A stretch of DNA of 62,176 nt from Desulfobacterales bacterium. GTDB taxonomy: Bacteria; Desulfobacterota; DSM-4660; Desulfatiglandales; Desulfatiglandaceae. Within the stretch, counting starts at the first letter, position 1, and every line of letters starts with the position of its first letter. Under the pieces are notes generated by a model, which did no database searches, was not told the DNA's origin, and worked only from the letters and a program-made list of their open reading frames with translations. The translations under genes were made by a program, and so were the position numbers. Location of the stretch: assembly GCA_014382905.1 (NCBI GenBank), contig JACNIU010000151.1, forward strand, positions 1 through 62,176. Direction: 5' to 3'. This document shows positions 61,980 to 62,176 of this stretch, in pieces.

Positions 61980-62176
61980 GCACTGTTAGAGCCATGACGT
62001 ATCTCAACCCTCGGTCCGCTCGGCTGAATGATGATATCACAGCTCTTCCGAGACTTGGCCTTATTCAGGCATCTGCAATCATTGTATATCCGAATTTGGT
62101 TCGTATCCAAAATACTTTTAGCACCGATTTTCGCAGAGCTTGTCTTGTATAAGAAAAACTATATGTACCAATGGCC

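Overview
This 62.2-kb window looks like a chromosomal segment of an anaerobic Desulfobacterota-like bacterium. That assignment is inferred from gene content only.

Five blocks:
1. 0.2-22.2 kb: a CoA-ester catabolic cluster bracketed by two paralogous TAXI-TRAP transporters. It holds an AMP-forming acyl-CoA ligase, two acyl-CoA dehydrogenase/enoyl-CoA hydratase pairs, a methylmalonyl-CoA-mutase-type catalytic subunit, an HMG-CoA-synthase-like::DUF35 fusion plus an SCP-x thiolase, a GctAB-type CoA-transferase, and an odd trio of LplA-like / PaaK-like / LplA-like genes.
2. 22.4-33.4 kb: housekeeping genes (REC protein, yifB/comM-like, rpoZ, dnaJ, dksA, a DHH-CBS-nucleotidyltransferase fusion, trpS, scpA, scpB, rluB-like). 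Their intergenic spacers are full of short tandem repeats and a repeated about 110-140-bp element.
3. 33.4-43.3 kb: an island next to tRNA-Val(CAC). It carries a truncated integrase and a Type I R-M system (hsdM, hsdS, hsdR). A DUF3800-like gene and a small translationally coupled partner sit between hsdS and hsdR, beside a remnant of an older hsdR 5' end. An HNH::DUF4263 (Shedu-like) nuclease follows.
4. 43.3-51.1 kb: a beta-hydroxyacid dehydrogenase, acetoacetyl-CoA synthetase, a Spy/CpxP/ZraP-like periplasmic protein, a ThiF-family protein, and a sigma-54 two-component pair.
5. 51.1-62.2 kb: glycogen genes (glgC, glgP, glgB, malQ), a secreted YXWGXW-repeat protein, and a degenerate AT-rich end.

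Best candidates for an undescribed system:
- the DUF3800 + partner cassette nested in the R-M operon;
- the LplA-like/PaaK-like/LplA-like trio;
- the catalytic-residue-less HMGCS::DUF35 fusion paired with a thiolase.

All family calls come from motif recognition by eye. No searches were run.
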